A stretch of 45,081 bases of DNA from Candidatus Thiodiazotropha sp. (GTDB lineage Bacteria; Pseudomonadota; Gammaproteobacteria; Chromatiales; Chromatiaceae): contig JARRQD010000011.1 in assembly GCA_037382205.1 (NCBI GenBank), positions 2,898-47,978 of the forward strand, written 5' to 3'. The position numbers and the translations under genes were made by a program. Position 1 is the first letter of the stretch, and every line of letters begins with the position of its first letter. This document shows positions 39,328 through 45,081 of the stretch, one piece after another. The notes under the pieces were generated by a model, which was not told the DNA's origin, searched no databases, and saw nothing but the letters and a program-made list of their open reading frames with translations.

Positions 39328-39418
39328 GTGTAAAATATTTCGACAAATACACCTCTCATTCCTAAAATAAAGTGAGTTAAATGACCCATTTATGGCGAGT
39401 CGTCGAGATAATTTACAC
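39328..39418. promoter_or_regulatory. Paired putative enhancer (bEBP) sites
   Basis: TGTCGAAATATTTTACAC (minus, 39328-39345) and CGTCGAGATAATTTACAC (plus, 39401-39418), 15/18 identical and inverted relative to each other; AT-rich spacer to the promoter. Confidence 0.5.
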
Positions 39419-39429
39419 TGTTTATATTT

Positions 39430-40188
39430 TCATCCCTTGAGACTTTCTTCAGCCTGCTGAAGGTCATCACGTGTATCAACACCGTGTCCAGGCTCCATCC
39501 TGGCATTACTGACATGGATACGACCACCATGCCAGAGCACTCTGAGCTGCTCAAGGGATTCAGCCCGCTCAATCGGCGCCCTCTTCCAAGCAACATACTT
39601 GGCCAGATAGCCGGCTCGATAGGCATAGAGACCGATATGACGCGCAAAACCTGTGTCTGCGGGTAGCAAACTATCCGCCTCGATGAACTCGTCCCGATGC
39701 CAGGGGATCGGAGCACGACTGAAATAGAGCGCATAGCCCTGCATGTCTGTCACCACCTTAACCACATGGGGATCAAACAACATTTTACGCTCTGTGATTG
39801 GAGCAGAAAGGGTAGTGACACCTGCCGCGCCGTGCTGACTCATATCTTCAGCAACCTGGCTGAGTAACTCAGCCGGCATACAGGGCTCGTCCCCTTGCAG
39901 GTTGACGATGATCTCATCATCCCCCCAGCTCCTTTGTGCTGCCACTTCAGCAATTCGATCGGAGCCACTGCGATGCTCTGCGGATGTCATGCAGACATCG
40001 GCAGAAAACGCCCGGCAAACGTCGGCGATCTGTTCGTTGTCAGTCGCCACTACTACCTGATCGGCACCGCTCTCCACCGCACGGTCGAATACATGATGGA
40101 TCATCGGTTTACCGGCAATTTCCAACAGAGGTTTACCCGGTAAGCGAACGGAAGCGTATCGGGCGGGTATAACAACCTTGAATTTCAT
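39430..40188 (-). CDS. kdsB: 3-deoxy-manno-octulosonate cytidylyltransferase
   Basis: IPARYASVRLPGKPL, VNLQGDEP, ALYFSRAPIP, HIGLYAYR, ESLEQLR. Confidence 0.97.
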   Translation of the reverse strand: MKFKVVIPARYASVRLPGKPLLEIAGKPMIHHVFDRAVESGADQVVVATDNEQIADVCRAFSADVCMTSAEHRSGSDRIAEVAAQRSWGDDEIIVNLQGDEPCMPAELLSQVAEDMSQHGAAGVTTLSAPITERKMLFDPHVVKVVTDMQGYALYFSRAPIPWHRDEFIEADSLLPADTGFARHIGLYAYRAGYLAKYVAWKRAPIERAESLEQLRVLWHGGRIHVSNARMEPGHGVDTRDDLQQAEESLKG

Positions 40189-40193
40189 ATCAA

Positions 40194-40382
40194 TCAGCCT
40201 TCGGGGAGCGCTTCATCGGCTGGAATTTTCCGGGCCTCCTCTTCGAGCATCACCGGAATATCATCACGTATCGGATAGGCCAGCCGATCGGCGCGACAGA
40301 TCAACTCCTGCTCTTTCTTCATATAGAGGAGCTTCCCCTTACACACCGGACAAACCAAAATATCAAGCAGTTTTCTATCCAT
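40194..40382 (-). CDS. ycaR: Trm112-family protein (YcaR/UPF0434)
   Basis: [16 protein letters not shown]...[13 protein letters not shown] between lpxK and kdsB. Confidence 0.93.
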   Translation of the reverse strand: MDRKLLDILVCPVCKGKLLYMKKEQELICRADRLAYPIRDDIPVMLEEEARKIPADEALPEG

Positions 40383-41355
40383 CTAAGAGCCTTTTCACCT
40401 TAGTCTTGAGTTGATGTTCAAAGTCCGCCGACACACTGGCGGTTGCGGGCACGTACCAGTGATTGGATTGGGCGAACTTTTCGCACTTTACCGCATCTTT
40501 CTCAGTCATGAGAACCGTCTTTTGGCTGAAAGGGGCAAGATCATCGCTGGAAAAAGCATGATGATCGGCAAATGGATGCCGTCCTATACTCAGTCCAGAG
40601 GATTCAAGCATGCTGAAAAAGCGTTCAGGATTACCGATACCCGCGATTGCATCAACTTCAGTTTTGAGTAGCTCGGTCAATGGTTTGCAGCGTCCGCCAG
40701 CCACTGGGCAGGCCGTATCGCCAATCACTGACATGCCATATTCACCCTCTCCAACATCATCATTAACAATCACCAGATCGACCTGCTTGATTCGTTTCTC
40801 AGTTTCCCGCAACGGCCCGGCTGGCAGACAAAAGCCGTTGCCAAAACGTCGCTTTCCATCGATCACTAGAATTTCAAGTTGCCGCTGAAGGGCATAATGC
40901 TGCAAGCCATCATCGGATAGAATCACATCACAGGGGTAATTTGAGAGCAGTTTTTTCGCAACCATCGGTCGCTCCGCACCGGCAAATACAGGACATTCAG
41001 TGTGACGTTTTAGTAAAATTGCCTCATCACCCACTTGCTGAGGTGTCGAATCGGCAGTCACTTCACAAGGCCATTGTTCCGACTGACCACCATAACCACG
41101 GGTGATGATGCCAGGTTTGAAGCCCCACTCGGTAAGCTTTTGCGCCAACCAGATCACCAACGGCGTCTTGCCCGTACCACCTACGGTAATGTTACCAACA
41201 ACGATAACAGGGCAAGCTACCGCATGACTCTTTAGCCAGCCCCACCGATAGAGCCCTCGTCTCAGAGCAACCAGAAGACAAAACAGCCCACTCAGTGGTA
41301 GTAGCAGATAGCTGAGAGGCTGCCGTCGTTGCCAGGACGCTTGAATTGGATTCAA
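40375..41355 (-). CDS. lpxK: Tetraacyldisaccharide 4'-kinase
   Basis: [48 protein letters not shown]. Confidence 0.97.
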   Translation of the reverse strand: MNPIQASWQRRQPLSYLLLPLSGLFCLLVALRRGLYRWGWLKSHAVACPVIVVGNITVGGTGKTPLVIWLAQKLTEWGFKPGIITRGYGGQSEQWPCEVTADSTPQQVGDEAILLKRHTECPVFAGAERPMVAKKLLSNYPCDVILSDDGLQHYALQRQLEILVIDGKRRFGNGFCLPAGPLRETEKRIKQVDLVIVNDDVGEGEYGMSVIGDTACPVAGGRCKPLTELLKTEVDAIAGIGNPERFFSMLESSGLSIGRHPFADHHAFSSDDLAPFSQKTVLMTEKDAVKCEKFAQSNHWYVPATASVSADFEHQLKTKVKRLLDG

Positions 41356-41368
41356 AGCCAGAGCACCC

Positions 41369-41788
41369 TCACTCCACGCTAGGCTTGTGCGCTGATAAGG
41401 TCATTTTGGTTAAACCTAATTGACTGGCTGCGTCCATCGCCGTCATCACCGATTGATGTGGTGTATGTGCATCGGCATTGATGATGACCGGTATATTGCC
41501 CCGCTCGCCCACAGCTTTGCTGATCGCCAATTTCAAGGTCTCTATCTCAGTATTGACAACTTCACGTTGATCGACAAAAAAAGTGCCAGCAATATTGATG
41601 GTGATATCCAACTGCTGCTTCTCTCGCTGCATCTCCTCACCGGTCGCCTCAGGCAGTTCGATGAGGATTTGGCTCTCATGTTCGAAAGTGGTCGATACCA
41701 TAAAGAATATCAAGAGTAGAAACACCACATCGATGAGGGGGGTGATGTCCACCTCTGGCGATTTTCGAGCTTTCGATCTGAAATTCAT
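41369..41788 (-). CDS. exbD: ExbD/TolR biopolymer transport protein
   Basis: 'ITPLIDVVFLLLIFFMV', 'INAD..TPHQSV'; start at MNFR (41788). Confidence 0.92.
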   Translation of the reverse strand: MNFRSKARKSPEVDITPLIDVVFLLLIFFMVSTTFEHESQILIELPEATGEEMQREKQQLDITINIAGTFFVDQREVVNTEIETLKLAISKAVGERGNIPVIINADAHTPHQSVMTAMDAASQLGLTKMTLSAHKPSVE

Positions 41789-41789
41789 C

Positions 41790-42401
41790 TCAGTGCTCTC
41801 TTTCACCATGTATGACTTCGACCATTTTCAAGGCCTGCTCTTCCATGCCGATCACCAGCTGATCGATGAGACCCGTGAAATATCGGTGGAACATCAAACT
41901 GGGAATGGCGACAGAGAGTCCGGCTGCTGTAGTGATCAACGCCTCCGAGATGCCACCAGCCAATACACCTGGATCACCGACACCAGCCGTCACAATCACA
42001 CTGAAGACCTTGATCATGCCGATCACTGTTCCCAGTAAACCAAGCAGCGGTGAGATGGAAGCAATCGTCCCCAATGTGTTGAGGTACTTTTCCAGCTCAT
42101 GAACTACCTGACGACCAACCTCTTCAATCGCCTCTTTCATGACATCCTTATCGTGATTTCGGTTAACCAGTCCGGCGGACAATATCCGGCCAAGTGGTGA
42201 GCTGCTTTTCAGCTTCTCCAGATCAGCCAGATTGAGTTTCTTCTCCTGATGCAACTGCAATATCTGTTTCATCAGATAGTCCGGCATGACTCTTTTGCGC
42301 TGCAAGGACCAGAATCGCTCAATGACAATCCCCAATGCAACAACAGAACAGGCAATAATAGGCAGCATCAACCAGCCACCCGACTTTACAAGTTCAAACA
42401 C
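41790..42401 (-). CDS. MotA/TolQ/ExbB proton-channel protein
   Basis: 'SPLLGLLGTVIGMI', 'GGISEALITTAAGL'. Confidence 0.93.
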   Translation of the reverse strand: MFELVKSGGWLMLPIIACSVVALGIVIERFWSLQRKRVMPDYLMKQILQLHQEKKLNLADLEKLKSSSPLGRILSAGLVNRNHDKDVMKEAIEEVGRQVVHELEKYLNTLGTIASISPLLGLLGTVIGMIKVFSVIVTAGVGDPGVLAGGISEALITTAAGLSVAIPSLMFHRYFTGLIDQLVIGMEEQALKMVEVIHGEREH

Positions 42402-42510
42402 TTATCCTTTCCCTTCTCTGACTTTTCATAAAATTCTTCACAATCCCGACATGATACTCGCCAGCAACAATTGTTGCAGCAATTACAAGCTTTTATCGAA
42501 TGATAGACGC

Positions 42511-42760
42511 TTCAACCTAAAAAGATCAGTTGAACAGCGTGAAGGGTGCGCTTGTGGTGGTGCAGGGCAAGGGTCGCTCCTGCACATCCATGTGCCCGCG
42601 ACACTTGTGCATCCCTGCACGGCGCGCAACGACGCGGAATAGCGTGCTATTCCTGTAGCGTGATTCACCCAGTAGGTGACCATGACCATCGAAGCGATTT
42701 TCATCATAATCAAACACCTGCTATCAAAATGGAGTGGTCAACTGATTTTTTTAGGTTCAA
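42511..42760. mobile_element. MITE-like element, copy 2, with an extra internal palindromic segment
   Basis: 23-bp TIRs (42511-42533 / 42738-42760, 21/23 match); same orientation as copy 1; extra GTGCAGGG...CCCTGCAC segment (42560-42620). Confidence 0.8.
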
Positions 42761-42803
42761 TGGCGGTCTGCTTAACGATCCTGGGATGCCTCAGAGCAAT
42801 ACC

Positions 42804-45071
42804 TCACGGCTGCCAGTAGCGTCGATTCACCTCCCGATATAGACGGGGCATCGAATGTTTCTCTCCCGGCAGCAATCGAAACTCAATGGCGCCGACCTTA
42901 GCTGTATCCAACAATTTGGCGCCCTGATCCTGCCAGCGCTGAACCACCTCATGGTTAGGAAAACCATAGCTGTTTTCGTAGCCCGTTGAAAATAGAACCC
43001 ATTGAGGGCCAACCGCCGTCACAAACTCAGCTGTTGACGAGCTGTTCGAACCATGGTGCGGCGCAACGAGTATATCGGATCCGAGCTGCTGGGGAATCGT
43101 TTGCAGCAACGCAGCTTCAGCCGCCCATTCGATATCCCCGGGCACTAGAATAGACCATCCGTTGCTAGCGATTTTCAGAACACAAGAGCGATTATTACTG
43201 CCCTCAATTTTCTGCCCAGCTGTCGGATAGAGTATTTGAAAATGAACACCATCCCAGTCCCATACCTGTCCAGCCTGACAAGCCCGAGCCCTTTCAATCA
43301 TCTCTGCTTCACCGGCCAAAACGTCTTCACTCGGAATGACGCTCTGCAACGACTCAAAACCACCCATATGATCCTGATCACCATTGCTCACAACCAGTCT
43401 ATCGATTCTCTGATAATCTCTGGATCTGAGCAATGGAATAATCACCGAGTCAGTAACCGCCCTGCCCGGCCCTGTATCATAGAGTAAAACATGGTTGCTG
43501 GTCTCAATCAGACAGGCCAACCCCTGCCCCACATCCAACAAGGTAAACCAGATTTCCCCCTCTGCTGGTCGCTCGGTGGCAACAAACAACATTGGGGTAC
43601 AAAGTAGTATTCCTAAACCACGTCCTGGCAGACCTGGTGGCGCCAACAGCAACAGACAGCCAAGCATAACAGCCCCTAACATCGGCAGACTCGGCACAGA
43701 CAGGTCAAGCATGGCGAAAGGCTGCATCGAACACCAGGCCAGCACCTGCAAGGTGATTTGAGATAGAAATTGCAACATTAAGAACCAGATAGCAGCTATT
43801 TGAGGCAACATTAACAGGGGCAAGCCGATCAAGGTCAATGGCACAAGCAGCAGACTGAACCAAGGCACCATAAACAGATTCACCAGGGGGGATATCAGGG
43901 AAATCTGGCTAAAAAACAGCGCTAACAGCGGTAGCAACCCCAAACTGACCGAGATTTGTACCTGAACGCCCTGGCGCCAGCTGCGCCAGGCGGCAAGGCG
44001 ACCACCGATAGCCCATAAAATGACTGCCACGGCAGTAAATGAGAGCCAAAACCCATGACTCAGAATGGCCAACGGATCAAACAATACCACCAAAAAGAGG
44101 GCCAGCAGTAGGCTTCGTCCAAACGGTATCCGATAGCCCAGAATCAGCCCCCCAAGCGTAACCACCAGCATAATCAGAGCACGCTGGGTTGGCAGTGTGA
44201 ATCCAGCCAAGGCGGCATAGACTGCGGCCCCGAGCAGAGCAACGATTGCACCGGCTTTCAGCGCTGGTAACATCAAGCAGAGCCTGGCGCTGCGCCGCCA
44301 CAACCAGGCGCCGACCAACAGCAACCAACCGGCAACCAGTCCAACATGCAATCCCGAGATAGCGATCAGATGGTTGGTGCCTGTGCGGGTAAACAGATCC
44401 CAGGCCTGATGGTCAATCGCCCGCTTATCGCCTACCGCAATCGCCTTGAGTAGCGCTGCGGCCGCTGGCTCATCCGTTGCGCTATCTATACCAAGGGCAA
44501 TGCCTTGACGTAACCATCCGACACTGGGCAGGAACTGACCGCGATCGATCCGGCGATTGCCTGACCAGTCTCGAACATAACCTTTGGCTTGGATCCGTTG
44601 CACAAACAGCCACTTTTCATGCTCGAACCCCGCTGGATTCTGATTCCCCCGGGGTCTTATCAACCGGACCTTAAAACGCCAGGTATCACCAACACTCAGG
44701 TCTTTCGCCGCACCAAACCAACTCAGCTGAACACGGGAAAGATCACACAACTGACCGCTTTCGGCCTGCAGTGTGCTGACACGCATCTGAAAACGGGTGA
44801 TCCCACCCTGGGTATTCGGCAATGTCTCGACGACTCCCTGCAGAATCATGTCAGTGCGCTCCAATGACAGGGGTAGCTGCTGCAGCATCAGGCTTACATG
44901 GAGCAGACACCAGCCTGCACCAAGCGCCATCGCCATCAATGGACGCAAATAACTGAAGCGCCACAGCAGTGGAAAAACCACAAATACAGTGAGCCAGATC
45001 AATCCTGGTAGACGATCCAGCAGATGAAATAGCGCCACTCCGATGACAAAACCGATCAGTAATCTGTTCAC
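42804..45071 (-). CDS. comEC: DNA internalisation competence protein ComEC/Rec2
   Basis: 'TGTNHLIAISGLH', 'GFWLSF', 'LDVGQGL', 'YDTG', 'GDIE', 'PHHGS', 'YGFP' (competence + MBL domains). Confidence 0.95.
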   Translation of the reverse strand: MNRLLIGFVIGVALFHLLDRLPGLIWLTVFVVFPLLWRFSYLRPLMAMALGAGWCLLHVSLMLQQLPLSLERTDMILQGVVETLPNTQGGITRFQMRVSTLQAESGQLCDLSRVQLSWFGAAKDLSVGDTWRFKVRLIRPRGNQNPAGFEHEKWLFVQRIQAKGYVRDWSGNRRIDRGQFLPSVGWLRQGIALGIDSATDEPAAAALLKAIAVGDKRAIDHQAWDLFTRTGTNHLIAISGLHVGLVAGWLLLVGAWLWRRSARLCLMLPALKAGAIVALLGAAVYAALAGFTLPTQRALIMLVVTLGGLILGYRIPFGRSLLLALFLVVLFDPLAILSHGFWLSFTAVAVILWAIGGRLAAWRSWRQGVQVQISVSLGLLPLLALFFSQISLISPLVNLFMVPWFSLLLVPLTLIGLPLLMLPQIAAIWFLMLQFLSQITLQVLAWCSMQPFAMLDLSVPSLPMLGAVMLGCLLLLAPPGLPGRGLGILLCTPMLFVATERPAEGEIWFTLLDVGQGLACLIETSNHVLLYDTGPGRAVTDSVIIPLLRSRDYQRIDRLVVSNGDQDHMGGFESLQSVIPSEDVLAGEAEMIERARACQAGQVWDWDGVHFQILYPTAGQKIEGSNNRSCVLKIASNGWSILVPGDIEWAAEAALLQTIPQQLGSDILVAPHHGSNSSSTAEFVTAVGPQWVLFSTGYENSYGFPNHEVVQRWQDQGAKLLDTAKVGAIEFRLLPGEKHSMPRLYREVNRRYWQP

Positions 45072-45081
45072 GACGACTCCT

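Noticed and set aside
41355-41369. No msbA between exbD and lpxK
   Set aside because: The same msbA-less order comEC-tolQ-exbD-lpxK-ycaR-kdsB is known in Pseudomonas; not unusual.
16876-42760. Composite transposon bounded by the two MITE copies
   Set aside because: The interval includes housekeeping kdsB/lpxK in their normal order after comEC; no transposase and no flanking target duplication seen. Independent insertions are simpler.

Overview
Gammaproteobacterial chromosomal window; a Sedimenticola/Ca. Thiodiazotropha-like host is only a guess. Left edge: 3' part of a DUF318/ArsP-type permease. Right edge: conserved housekeeping block comEC-exbB/tolQ-exbD-lpxK-ycaR-kdsB. Between them is a ~38 kb accessory locus for an exported copper/redox surface system, with four parts. 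(1) An Xps-like type II secretion operon (gspD-E-F-H-I-J-K-L-M-N, no gspG) divergent from an S8 protease/Calx-beta gene. (2) An inserted IS91/ISCR remnant plus a high-GC pckA, followed by a MITE. (3) A ~20 kb minus-strand operon: a 2,000-aa Ca-binding beta-helix protein, three paralogous two-cupredoxin-domain proteins, a conserved membrane protein, a frameshifted 7xCalx-beta GlyGly-CTERM-like protein, SCO, a cytochrome c/periplasmic-binding-protein fusion and a membrane pseudokinase. (4) A NarL-type regulator and a sensorless HisKA_3 kinase behind a sigma54-like promoter. Top hypothesis: the three cupredoxin genes form one heterotrimeric 'split' multicopper oxidase whose trinuclear-Cu histidines come from two different genes, secreted by a dedicated T2SS and controlled by a split kinase/pseudokinase pair. 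All calls come from motif reading by eye; no searches were run.
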